A DNA stretch of 64,000 nucleotides from Azolla caroliniana (Eukaryota; Plantae; Polypodiophyta): contig JBHGNT010000003.1 in NCBI GenBank assembly GCA_043228905.1, positions 16,740,001 to 16,804,000 on the forward strand. Direction: 5' to 3'. Position 1 is the first letter of the stretch. The number at the start of each line of letters is the position of its first letter. This document shows, one piece after another, positions 1 to 14,074 of this stretch. A program made the translations under genes and the position numbers. A model generated the notes under the pieces. It ran no database searches. It had not been told where the DNA came from and was given only the letters and a program-made list of their open reading frames with translations.

Positions 1-2880
1 CCTGAGTCGGCAGACTAGATGTTCTTGGCCGGTGGCCACGAAGCCTTTTGGCTGCTCCATATAAATTTCCTCGTCAAGATCACCATGGAGGAATGCTGTT
101 TTGACATCTAGCTGAATCAGCTCCAAGTTGTCGGCTGCCACTACGCCGAGTAGGAAACGAAGGGTTGTCATTTTCACCACTGGTGAAAAAATCTCGTCGA
201 AGTCGACACCATATTCTTGTCGGAAGCCCTTCGCAACTAATCTGGCCTTGTACTTTGGGGTGGTCGAATCAGACGTCTCTTTTAGTCGATAAACCCACTT
301 GCAAGGAAGAGCACGTCGGTTCCTGGGTAATTCAACCAGATCCCAAGTCTTGTTTGCCCGAATGGAGTGCATTTCCGACTCCATCGCCTGATGCCAGGTG
401 GCTGAATCGACAGATGTCGATGCGTCTTCGTAAGACGTCGGTTCGCCGGCGTCGGTGAAGAAAATTCCAGGAGAATACCTCTCCGGAGGTTGCGACAGTC
501 TCTCGGATCGTCGAGGCATGATTGGACTGGTCGCATCGGGTATCGTGGTCGGATGGTCCGAAAGCGGATTGTTCTGCTGTGCCGAGTCGGAGTTGTCCGA
601 GTCGGTAGTGTAAGGTTCAGCTACCCGTGAAGCTGACCGTGTGTTGAGAGCGGGGCCTTCTTGAAGGGTCGGCACATCGGAAAATGTTACCCTTCGGACT
701 TCGATCGGTTTTTCGACTGATGGATTCATAGCCGACTCGTTGAACACAACGTCCGAACTTCGAACGATTTGTCTGCGTTCGGGGTCCCAGAGTCGGTATC
801 CCATTTCGCCGTCGGATCCATATCCAAGGAAAATGCATTTCCTGGACCGAGGTGCAAGTTTTCGGCGATCATCTTTCGGAATAAGGGCGTACGCCTCGCA
901 TCCGAAGATCCTCAGCTTGTCGTAATTCGGCTTACTGCCGTTCCATAGTTCCTGAGGAATTTGAAGTCCTAGAGGTCTACTTGGCGACATATTGATTATG
1001 TGTACTGCCGTGAGTAGAGCCTCTGCCCAGAAGCCATCCGACAGTCCGGAGTGTTGGAGCATGGAAACTATCCTTTCTTGGATTGTCCGATTCATTCGTT
1101 CTGCAATCCCGTTTTGCTCCGGACTGTGTGGTGCCGTAAATTCACGTCGGATGCCGCGTTGTCGGCAGAATTTGACGAATTCTTCTGATTTGAACTCTCC
1201 CCCATTGTCGGTCCGAAGGCATTTCAGCTTTCGGTCGGTTTGATTTTCTACCATAGCGAGCCAATCGGTGAAGATCGAGAAGACCCGATCTTTGGTGCGA
1301 ATTAGATAAGCCCACACCTTTCGAGTCGAATCGTCAATAAAAGTGACGAAGTAAGAGGCACCACCGAGAGACTGATGCGGCATTGGGCCACAGACGTCCG
1401 AGTGGACCAAATCGAGAGGTCTCGATTCTCTTGGTGCTGATGTCGGGTGTGATGTGGCTGCTTGTTTGCCATACTGGCAATGCTCGCAAAATTGATGGTC
1501 GGAGAAGGAGAGTTTAGGGATGTATCCGGCTCTAGATAGGTGCGTGATGCCGGCCTTGCTGAGGTGTCCTAATCTTCTGTGCCATAGTGATGACACAGGA
1601 ATATCCACCAAAAACAGGTTACCCTCTCTGAGCGTAACATGTAACGGATACAGTGAGTGTATCTTGGGTCCTCTAGCAAGCAGGAGGTTCCCCCTGTGGA
1701 GTGTCCACCCTCCCGAAGAAAAACCGGCACGAATGCCGTCTTCATCTAGTTGTCCGACTGAGATCAATGGCCTTGTGAGCTCGGGTACATGTCGGACATT
1801 GTGGAGTACAAGTGTAGAGCCCCCTGCAAGGTTGAGCTCTACTGTGCCGATTCCGACGATGTCACAGTGTTGTGAGTTGCCGACTCGAACTGAGTCGGAG
1901 TGACGGATCGTATATTGCCGAAATTGGGATCGATGAGGAGTCACGTGAAATGACGCGCCCGAATCCAAGAGCCATGTGCTCGATTCTTCAGTCGTGAGTA
2001 GAACTTCTGATCCGACTGGATTTTCTATTGATAGTATATTCGGGTCGTCAGGTAGTACATCAGCTGAGAAGCTGACGTAATTGATCTCCTCATGCCGGCC
2101 ACTCTTCTTGTTGTTCTTGTTCTTGAGTGCGCGGCAGTCGGCTTTGATGTGTCCGGGTTTCTTGCAATAATTGCAGATTCGGTTATCCCGTGACTGGCTC
2201 CGTCTTCGCTGATTGTTCGGCGGTCGTGAGGAATCTCTTCCTCGTATGTTCGATCGGTCTGTCAAACCTTGTACTACATAAGCGTCGTCTGTTGAGTCTT
2301 TGGCGAAAGACTTTCTCCGAGCTGCTTCGGTCAGGATTGCGCTCGTGACTTCGGAGTATTTAACAGCCGTGGTTGACGCGTTGCACACGGTTGTGACGAA
2401 AGTTTCCCATGATGAGGGAAGGCTGCTCATGAGTATCATTGCTCTGAGTTCATCCTCAATTGCCGTCCCCTGTGACGAGATTTGGGAGCTTATGCTTTCG
2501 TACTCATTGAGGTGTGCTTGAACCGAATCGGATTCTTTCATCCGCAAGTTGTAGAGGCGCCGGATCAGAAACATCTTCGTTGCGGCGACCTTCTTTTCGT
2601 AAGTGTCCGACAGTGTTTTCCACAGTTCGAATGCTGTCGTACACGATTGCACCGTAAAATATACCGATTCCGATAGGTGCATCCGAATCGTGGCACGGAC
2701 GATTCTGTCCAGCTTCTGCCACTCAACTGGTTTGTATCCTTCTGGAGGTTCTTCATTTTCGATGGGATCGATTTGTCCCTTGACTATGAGATAGTCCTGC
2801 ATTTGCTCTTTCCAGAAGTTGAAGTTCGATCCATCGAACTTTCGTAGACTCATTTCTGACGAGCCGGATGTTGATGCCAT
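1..2880 (-). CDS. Copia Gag-Pol polyprotein, apparently intact, continues beyond position 1
   Basis: Starts MASTSGSSEMSLRKFDGSNFNFWKEQMQ; CCHC knuckle CNYCKKPGHIKADC, protease WLLDSGAS, integrase HSDVCGP, RT LDVKTAFLHGDLDEEIYMEQP. First and last codons are in frame, and its absence from the ORF track fits a frame with no stop inside the window. Confidence 0.88.
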   Translation of the reverse strand, partial: MASTSGSSEMSLRKFDGSNFNFWKEQMQDYLIVKGQIDPIENEEPPEGYKPVEWQKLDRIVRATIRMHLSESVYFTVQSCTTAFELWKTLSDTYEKKVAATKMFLIRRLYNLRMKESDSVQAHLNEYESISSQISSQGTAIEDELRAMILMSSLPSSWETFVTTVCNASTTAVKYSEVTSAILTEAARRKSFAKDSTDDAYVVQGLTDRSNIRGRDSSRPPNNQRRRSQSRDNRICNYCKKPGHIKADCRALKNKNNKKSGRHEEINYVSFSADVLPDDPNILSIENPVGSEVLLTTEESSTWLLDSGASFHVTPHRSQFRQYTIRHSDSVRVGNSQHCDIVGIGTVELNLAGGSTLVLHNVRHVPELTRPLISVGQLDEDGIRAGFSSGGWTLHRGNLLLARGPKIHSLYPLHVTLREGNLFLVDIPVSSLWHRRLGHLSKAGITHLSRAGYIPKLSFSDHQFCEHCQYGKQAATSHPTSAPRESRPLDLVHSDVCGPMPHQSLGGASYFVTFIDDSTRKVWAYLIRTKDRVFSIFTDWLAMVENQTDRKLKCLRTDNGGEFKSEEFVKFCRQRGIRREFTAPHSPEQNGIAERMNRTIQERIVSMLQHSGLSDGFWAEALLTAVHIINMSPSRPLGLQIPQELWNGSKPNYDKLRIFGCEAYALIPKDDRRKLAPRSRKCIFLGYGSDGEMGYRLWDPERRQIVRSSDVVFNESAMNPSVEKPIEVRRVTFSDVPTLQEGPALNTRSASRVAEPYTTDSDNSDSAQQNNPLSDHPTTIPDATSPIMPRRSERLSQPPERYSPGIFFTDAGEPTSYEDASTSVDSATWHQAMESEMHSIRANKTWDLVELPRNRRALPCKWVYRLKETSDSTTPKYKARLVAKGFRQEYGVDFDEIFSPVVKMTTLRFLLGVVAADNLELIQLDVKTAFLHGDLDEEIYMEQPKGFVATGQEHLVCRLR

Positions 2881-3530
2881 CAAATTCGGTTTCGGTTGAC
2901 GAAGCTCGGTTCGGAGTTGACTACGAACCTTGTTGGAGTGCAGCCGGTTGGCTCACCCGATATCGTTCTAGTCAGATTTGAACCCGAGTCGGTTCGGCTT
3001 CGGAACTTGCTCGAATTGACTCCGGTAGCTTGAGGGACAGAACCGACTGGTCTTCCCGAATGTTGCCGAGTCGGAGTGAGCCCGGTTCGCTTCGGATATA
3101 TATGCCGAATACCGATTATTGAAACCGATTATTTGGACCGATTCTGCTTCGGGTGGCTGCAGTGACGAGAGAGACGGATCCAACTGATCCTCCCGAATGT
3201 CGATCAGCCAGATGAAGCACGAATTTGGGGCTGTTGTCTTAAGACCGATCTGCACCGAGTGGTTACAACGAGCGGCGTTTGATTACCTCTTCGGATGCTG
3301 TTTAACCGAGTGGAGCACGATCGCGTCAATGTTGCACAAGGGGATTTCACCTCGAGCGGTTACGATCACAAGGAACAGAGTACAACCTGAAGGCTTACTC
3401 CAAGCAAGAGGATCTAACGCGATGAGATGCAAACCTGTTTTTCTTCTTCTTCTCTCTTCTTCGAATGACGCAGGAAACCGAATGCTGAGACGACGGCCGA
3501 CAGCGGATTGAAGGACCGACTACTGTGCAG

Positions 3531-3542
3531 GCTCTGATACCA
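3531..3542 (-). promoter_or_regulatory. Primer binding site, tRNA-iMet
   Basis: TGGTATCAGAGC on minus. Confidence 0.92.
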
Positions 3543-3544
3543 GA

Positions 3545-3825
3545 TGTTGAAAGCGAGGTCGTCAATGCGGAAGATCAAGGAGCATTCAGTTCTGTTCTGA
3601 GTACCTGCGTATGACAGAAGGTAGGTCGTTGCACAGAGAGAGAGAGAGAGAGGCACAAAAGAGTCTTTATTCCATAAAGCAAATAATACAACATCCAACC
3701 TCACAAAGAGGTTACAAGGTCACTATATATAGTGACCGACTTAGGGCAACTACCCTTTATGATAATTTCATAAATGGCCAAAACGGAATAGTGTGAATAC
3801 GTCCATTATACACATGTATTCGACA
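3545..3825 (-). repeat. 5' LTR of Copia-1 (281 bp)
   Basis: TG...CA inverted termini, followed 2 nt later by the iMet PBS. Confidence 0.9.
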
Positions 3826-5044
3826 TCCTCCACGGCGACCTCGAAGAGGAGATCTACATGCAGCAACCGGAGGGATTTGTGAAGAAAGGGAAGGAGCACC
3901 TGGTTTGTTGGTTGAAGAAGAGCCTCTACGGTTTAAAGCAGGCTCCCCGGCAATGGTACCAGAAGTTCGACTACTTCATGACCGATCAAGGGTACCACAA
4001 GACGCAAGCCGATCACTGCGTATTTGTGAAGAAGTTCGAAGGTGGAGACTTCTTGACACTCCTCCTGTACGTGGACGACATGTTGATTGTCGGATGAGAC
4101 CAAGTCAAGATACGGATGCTGAAGAAGGCTCTGAACCAGACCTTCTCAATGAAAGACTTGGGTCCGGCAAGGCAGATACTGGGGATGCATATCATCCGGG
4201 ACCGGTCAAAGAAGCAAGTGTGGCTGTCACAAGAGAAGTACGTCACAAAGGTGCTTCAGCGGTTCAACATGTTAGATGCGAAACCGGTCGAATCGACACT
4301 CCCGACAAACTGCAGGTTATCCGGTAAGCAAAGCCCGAAGACAAAGGCAGAGAAGGAGGATATGATGAAGATACCATATGCCTCTACCGTCGGGAGCTTA
4401 ATGTACGCAATGGTGTGTACCTGACCGGATATCAGATACGTAGTTGGAGTGGTGAGCCAGTTTATGAGCAATCCCGACAAGGAGCATTGGAATGCGGTAA
4501 AATGGATACTTCGGTACTTGAAAGGCACCTCAACTATGTGTCTCCAATTCGGCTCCGGTAAACCCCAACTTGATGGTTTCACCGATTCGGATATGTCGGC
4601 TGATGCGGATACTAGCCAGTCAACATCGGGATATGTTATGACATATGTGGGGGGAGCTGTTTCGTGGCACTCAAGGTTGCAGAAGACGGTTATGTTGTCA
4701 ACCACGGAGGTGGAGTACATGGCGGTTGTGGAAGCCGGCAAGGAAATACTGTGGATGAAGGACTTCATCAGAGAGTTAGGGATTTGGCAGAGGAATATCG
4801 GCTCTACTGCGACAGTCAAAGTGCCATCCACCTTACAAAGAACGCGACATACCATTCCAGAATGAAGCACATCCAGCGCAGGTACCACTGGATCCGACAA
4901 CGAGTAGAAGATCGAGAGTTCGTGCTGACGAAGATCCACACGGAGGAGAATGGGTCAGATATGCTGACCAAAGTGCTGACACCCGACAAGCTGGACGCAT
5001 GTCGGAAGCAGATCGGATTGATGAGGCATCCCATGCCGGAGTGA
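3826..5044 (+). pseudogene. Copia-2 RT/RNase H (stops and frameshift)
   Basis: FLHGDLEEEIYMQQPEGF, KKSLYGLKQAPR, LLYVDDML, YCDSQSAIHL...HSRMKHI; PPT GAAGGGGGAG at 5043-5052. Confidence 0.93.
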
Positions 5045-5054
5045 AGGGGGAGTT

Positions 5055-5312
5055 TGTTAGGATTTCGGTCCCTCCAGATGGGATGATGAAGGCCCGGTGA
5101 GAACTGGATGTTGCAGGCCCGGTGAGAACCTCTCACCGGATGAAGGGACATATATGTAAATATGTTCCAGAGAGCCCACAAGGGCCATATTTGTAAATAG
5201 CCCGAAAGTCATATTAGTATAAATATGACCTAGGGCAAACAATATTGTGTATGTTGTTGTCATTATTTTGTATAGAGTTATTGGTGTAACTACTGTACAG
5301 AGCGTAGCAGAG

Positions 5313-5391
<79 letters not shown>

Positions 5392-5655
5392 TGTGTGTCT
5401 GTTGTAATTGCCGTCAGGCAAAGAGTGAGAGCAAGAGGTCATTGCCTCTATGTTCCTCTGTTGTATTCTCCTTACATAGTGATAGTTGGAGCTAGTGGGC
5501 TCCCGTGGTTTTTCCCACTTAGGGTTTTCCACATTAACATCCTGTGCATTCTCTTCTGTCTGTGTACTTCCATTTCTTATATTTCTGTGTTTGATTATCA
5601 TTAAGTGATCTAAGTCTCAGTTGTGGCCGAAGATTATTCCGCATAATTCCTATCA
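5055..5655 (+). repeat. 3' LTR of Copia-2
   Basis: Begins TGTTAGGA after the PPT and ends TCCTATCA; the MULE transposase frame starts immediately beyond. Confidence 0.85.
5316..5388. repeat. (GA)n microsatellite inside the LTR
   Basis: Perfect AG dinucleotide run of about 36 units. Confidence 0.97.
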
Positions 5656-8410
<2,755 letters not shown>

Positions 8411-8739
8411 TGATTGAGGTGAATTAAGTGAATGTGAGAGATTATGCGAATGAATTCAAATGAATTCAAATAATTCACATGAATGGAGTGGATTATTTTC
8501 AGCTCTTCTTCAATGATTTAGTTTGAGAATGTTTAGGGCTATTAGTGAACAATCGAGAATGAGGGTGAATGAAATGAGTGCGAGTGATTAATAGACTGTT
8601 AAGGAAGGGAATGAGTTCAATCCTTAGTGAATGAGTCTACCTCATAGTGCATGCTACTGAATTTGATGAATCAATTTATTGTAGTCGTTAGTATGATCGT
8701 TGAAACGCCATCATTACACGTAGTTGGGCAATTGACTAT

Positions 8740-9140
8740 TAATCAATCGGGCTCCCTTTTTGAAATGAGTCGGGCTCCTCATTAATCAGTCGGGTCCCTC
8801 TTTTGTAACGAGTCGGGCTCCTCGTTAATCAGTCGAGCTCCTCATTAATTAGTCGGGCTCCCTACACCCAAAAAATTGTGTACGTTGCTTTGTCTACCTT
8901 CTCCATTATTGACTATTATTGCATTGTCTAGTATTGCATTATTGTACATTGCTTTGTCGGCAATCTCCATTATTGACTAGTATTGTATTATTGTACATTG
9001 CTTTTGATACCTTCTCCATTATTGACTAGTATTGCATTATTGTACATTGCTTTTGAATAAGATTCACATTGAGTCACACACTATTTAGAATGAGATTCAA
9101 ATTGAGTCATATACAACCAGAATGAGATTCAAATAATAGT
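8740..9140. repeat. Degenerate short tandem repeats
   Basis: AGTCGGGCTCC units (8740-8862), roughly 45-bp TATTGCATTATTGTACATTGCTT units (8880-9055) and GAGATTCAAATTGAGTC units. Confidence 0.75.
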
Positions 9141-9270
9141 CACATCATAGGCATCAAGACCTATAGGAGTCTATCGCATCTTCAACCAAAGCACCCAATG
9201 CCCTGAGTGCAATATCGGAATGAAGACATATTCCCGTTTAGGGACCCGAGTGAGTATGTCTTCATCCTTA

Positions 9271-10480
9271 TCACTTTGGCCTTCTAGTTGTACCCATAGT
9301 GGATCCACAACATGAAAGCGCTTGTTGATCTTGGGGGGCAACTAGTACTCCATCCATAAATGGAAGAGGGTCATCATCCATGTGGATGCCATCTCCCCTA
9401 CAGTGCACAACGAACATAGTTCTACCCCCGTCAAAAAGACCGCTAGGTCTAATCATCGGCAAGCCACCTAAAACCTGTTTATTAGGCTAGATTAGGAACT
9501 ACAAAAAAAACATGAAATTAACTATTGATCTCATGCCCCCACCATAACGGCATACCTAGTGAACTTATTTCTTGTTGTGTTATCCCATGTTTTTGTGATT
9601 GTCTCAGGACCAACAAAGACAATCCCAATGTTCGCACCCTCATCTGTGTCAGATGATGTAATGAACAACAATTTACCAGGGTCCACTTTTTTCTTGCGGA
9701 TTTGGATTTTAGGCCTCCTTGGTTGTTTTGTTGTCGATTCTGACAGTTGGTCTTGATCACCATCGATCTCGACATGTGCCTCATCTTCTGGCATGGGAAT
9801 TCCATGATTCTTACACTAAAATTCATACATAAGATTCACACATAATCATTCACACACTAGATTTAGACTCACATAAGATGCACACATAATCATAAACCAT
9901 ACTTACATAAGCTTCAGACACAACTGCAATCTTCAACTTCAAATTTGCCATCCTATGCTCCTTTCCCTCATCATACCTGGCCGTCTCTTGGCTGATGAAT
10001 TGGGCAATGAAATCGGCCTCCTTGGATGTTCGAAGTGGGTCCGGAGTGGCTTTGAAGATCTTAATTGCTCTTGTCCTCAACTTCCTCATGTGTGATTGGC
10101 GTGATCTGTTGTACTTTAGCTCCGGATCCAAAAAACACTTTATTGATCGTTGTCTTTCGTAGTGGCTGAAGAATGATGTGGTTGTACTCCTCATGGAGGT
10201 CGATTGCTCTTCTTCTTCTATCTTTAGCCCCTGAGGCAGTACTACACGGATGCCATGTGCCTTCTGTAAGTGAGCCTCCATGTTAGTTTTTTTGCGAAAC
10301 CATCGTACCTCTTTTCTACATGAATCTCCAACGATACATGTGCGACATTTGATACCGGCCGAGTCTCTTCCTGCCTTGAAGAGGGACATGGGGTCCACTA
10401 CAACAATGGTGTGACATTTGCATTAGAAAAACCCAATATATACTTACATCAATAATGATTATAAGAATGTACATCAACTC
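9271..10480 (-). CDS. Putative spliced gene of unknown function with a C2H2-like motif, possibly a MULE accessory gene
   Basis: Three co-oriented ORFs separated by intron-like segments (GTGAG donor near 10480, TTGTAG acceptor near 10397, GTAAGT donor near 9907, TTTTGTAG acceptor near 9499); motif CRTC...HLQKAH. Confidence 0.45.
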
Positions 10481-11854
10481 ACCATTTACACCGATATCTT
10501 CAACACTATGGGGTTTGTATCCATGTTCGAGTCTTCAGTAATATGATGTTTTCAGCATCCATATCGTTGGATTTGGGGCACCTAGCACCCTTTCTTACAA
10601 AAACCCTAAACCATCATTCAAGTTAGCACACAAACATCACTATTTTTACACAATATATACTTGAGAAATGATTCAGGCCATACCTCCCTTCATAGGGTAT
10701 TGTTTTACCCCAATCCGCATCAAAGTCTATGAAGGTCTGGGACCGACTAGCCATATGTACAAAACACATGCCATCTTCAAAAATCACCAATGGATCTACG
10801 ATCATATTTGGACATCTAAAAATAACTTAGAATTACTACTAATTGTATCAATCTTACTTTATAAGACATCCCAAACTAACTTGAATGGTTTTTATAAATA
10901 AAATTGATGCAAAAGATTGACCCCTTCATTTGTAAGGATAATAGTCACATCACTTTCATTGCTTCCAATTGTTAAGCTTTTCAAATTAACAATGCAACCA
11001 AATGTAGAGACAAGAAGAATTTATAAAGGGGCTTTAGGACTGTGATTATGCTATGCCCATGGAGAAGCTCATTGTGGTTGCTTTAGTGGACAACTTAAAC
11101 ACTTAACCTATCATACTTCAAACTATGCAAGAGAACAATTACATGACTATGCCATGCTCATAGAGAAGCTCATCATCATATTTTACGGACAATCTAAACG
11201 CTTCAGATTATGTGAGAGAACAATGTCATCATGATCCTATCCTTCACCGTATTATGATATTGAGGAGTTTATGGACTATTAAATGGACTCTATGTTGTGT
11301 TTAGGTTTTTTCTTATTACCTAAGTTTGTCAAGAGTATGTCACCAACTTGAGAAGGAAGTATTGCAACATGGCCAAAACTAGAGAAGACTATTTTTGTCT
11401 AGGTTGATTGAATACAAAAGGGAATAGGATACACCATAAGAACATTATTGTTATCTCATGGAGGATTTTAAGTAACATAACTGTTGTCACATTAGCATGC
11501 ATAGACTTCTAACTAGTTCCTCATTCATAAAAAAACCGAGTACATAGAAATGTTGTGAATCAGCTTAACGGCTAGAAAGATTCGTTTAGGATAGATATCA
11601 TATAAATTTTTTTCTCCAACAATTCCAAGAGAAAAATACACGGGCATGTTATCTTCAGTAAATAGGACGAGATTTCTGAGCTTTCACAAATTGAACACAC
11701 AAATATTAAGCAATTCATAAATAGACAAGAAATATGATACATATCTCTAGACAGCAGGTAAGCAGGTGCTCGTGGACAACAGGACAGTAGGTGGCGCGCC
11801 TCACTAAAGATGCCTACAACAGGTGCTCGCGGACAGCAGGTGGCGCGCCTCGCT

Positions 11855-11876
11855 CCTAAACCCTAAACCCTAAACC
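11855..11876. repeat. Telobox / three CCCTAAA units next to short direct repeats
   Basis: CCTAAACCCTAAACCCTAAACC, preceded by a duplicated CAGGTGCTCG...GGTGGCGCGCCTC. Confidence 0.7.
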
Positions 11877-12619
11877 TCTGGCTACCTGTTTGTAAACAGG
11901 CAAAAATGACAGGTATGGGTTTTTATACTCAATCCCATTCATAGAGTCGACCCAAAAATTGAACTTTTGATGGCGCACTTTTTCTTCATCCAGATTGGAC
12001 AGTGCAGATCGCACACGCCCTCATCTAGCGACCTGCACCGTCCCTCTCCGTGATTTCCTCACTTTCCCTCATAAATATTTGGTGGTAGTTAGACACCACA
12101 GATTTGTCCCCTTCCTTTCCATTTCACACATAACAACATATGATGAATCAATGAATGACAAGTTATTTGTAGATGTTGCATGGCGCCAACATTCTGGCAT
12201 ATACATGCCATGCCATGCCATGCATCAAAGAACAGGAGAGAGGAGGGATTCCTCGGATAGATCATCGGGAGAAGCCTTTCATTCACCCTGTGTCCATTTA
12301 TTCATTCATTATGGCAATTTCGGATGTGATGAATGTACATGTCGTTTGGGGGCACTACAAAAGTTGCGGAAAACCAAGGTGTTGCTCGTTCATGAGATAA
12401 TAAAAAACTGTCAGACAATGCAAAGAGGAGGATCATTTACAGTCGAAATTAGTTGGGTGTGCCTACCTCAAAAATGTCAAACGCTCTGTGTGCGGATTGT
12501 ATGATTTCACAACAAAAATGCTCGTGTAGAGCATATGAGGAAAAATGAGAAAAATAAGGTTAAGAAGGGATGTGTCCAAAGACAGAAAGATAAGCAAATA
12601 AGGACATGTGACCTATTCG

Positions 12620-13020
12620 ACTAACTCAAGTCTTCTACGACTATGTTTCTAGAATTGTGGGTTGGCGTAAACGAGCTGACTAATGGATCAGATCTTATAC
12701 TTATTGTTGAAACTTGGGGTCAAGATACTTGGTAGGGTTCAAGGTTTGGACAACTACAATGTACACTCCTTGATATGGGCGAAAAATCCTTGTCAACGAA
12801 GAGGACAAGGAGGAGTTGCATCTTTGGTTGAGAGGGAATTCAAGAAATATGTGTCGATCATAAAAGATGATGAACATAAATGTTACTTACAGTTTGGAAC
12901 AGAAACACCAAATGGCATGTTGGCAACTTGTGTAGTTGGATGCTTCATTTCTCATCAAGGTTTTATCGTAGATGTTTGTTTGGATGAAGAATAACTTTTT
13001 GCCAATCTAGACAAAGATAT
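12620..13020 (+). pseudogene. LINE apurinic-endonuclease-like fragment
   Basis: Across frames: DLILIVETW...RRGQGGVASLV...CVVGCF, typical EEP/APE motifs; truncated at 13020 by an LTR-like sequence. Confidence 0.6.
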
Positions 13021-13111
13021 TGTTAGGACCACAACCAAGAACAAGATTGAATTGAAGAAAATAAATAAGAATAGATAAAGAGAGAGGAATAAGATGAGAT
13101 TGATTGACAAT
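13021..13111. mobile_element. Terminus of probable LTR (X); continues at 31922-32025 after Copia-H
   Basis: Abrupt TGTTAGG start that breaks the LINE frame; purine-rich like an antisense U5. The other end is not seen. Confidence 0.45.
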
Positions 13112-13793
13112 TGTTGAGCGGCAAGCTCAACTGGAGCCGGATCGGCTGGATAAGCCTGAGCCGGTGAGTGAGACGGATCGGTAAGCCGGTGAGCAACCGA
13201 ACCGGCAAGCAACAGAGCCGGTGAGCTGGGGAGCCGGTTAGCTGGATCCAATCGGTAACCAGAAGCCTAGTATTAGTTTAGACTACTAGGCAGTTATAGT
13301 CTCGTAGTAAGTGTCAGATGCTCGTGTGAGCATTGAAGTACGCGGTATTGTTGTCCGCCGGAATAGTAACCGACGGACAAAAGCGTAGGAATAAGAAATT
13401 ATATAAGAGCATAACGCATGTAACGGTTCATGCAGGAAGCGTGAATGCCTAAATAGACCCTGCGTATATAAAGGGCAGAAAACCTTTGATAGAGGTGCGT
13501 GTAATTTTGGGAATGTAAAGGAACGTCTCGTAATAGAATCCTATCTTCTTTGATTTTTTGTGTATAGCTCCGACTAATCTGCTGTGTGTGTGTCTTGAAT
13601 ACCTAAGCGTTTAAGTACGTAAGTGTAACCCTATACAGGGATTCGGTTGTAGTCGTTCCCCGTATACGCTGATAGGTTACAGGGAACCTTCCCTTACGCA
13701 TTACGCTGAGGCACCTATTCGTTGTTCCACGCCCACTTGGAGGTCTAGGTCGAAGGACTGACCGTGGACCATGTTCCTAATTGGCAACACTTT

Positions 13794-13804
13794 TGGCACG
13801 CCTG
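13794..13804 (+). promoter_or_regulatory. PBS of Gypsy-F, tRNA-Arg type
   Basis: TGGCACGCCTG 4 nt after the LTR end; resembles the complement of the plant tRNA-Arg(TCT) 3' end. Confidence 0.8.
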
Positions 13805-14074
13805 GTGATCTGTGTTTTCTCACAGACAAACAACGACGAATGGATGTTTAGCCGCAGACGCCCCAGAGAACCCACACGACAAGACCGGCCAATCACAAGG
13901 TCCGTCACATGCCAGGCAGAAGAACGCGCACGGCAAAAGCCGCGCCTCAGCGACTTCAGTACTACCTCCCGTGATTATAAAGGGGATTCGTCGCTCTTCC
14001 AACACCTCGACGAGACGCGGAGACCACGCTCACCACAGCCACCCTGTCTTTCTCGACCCACCGCAGCTCCCACT

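Larger units (their letters stand above)
1..3825 (-). mobile_element. Ty1/Copia LTR retrotransposon (Copia-1), 5' part, runs off the window
   Basis: 5' LTR 3545-3825 (TGTCGA...TCAACA on minus); PBS TGGTATCAGAGC at 3531-3542; gag-PR-INT-RT order; inserted into the RT of Copia-2, predicted TSD TCCTC at 3826-3830. Confidence 0.95.

Noticed and set aside
165-2794. Many short ORFs in the track over this region
   Set aside because: Shadow frames of the minus-strand Copia polyprotein.
5247-5601. ORFs with ER/SL dipeptide runs
   Set aside because: Translations of the (GA)n microsatellite.
11855-11876. Telomere or chromosome-fusion site
   Set aside because: Only three units, consistent with a common telobox.
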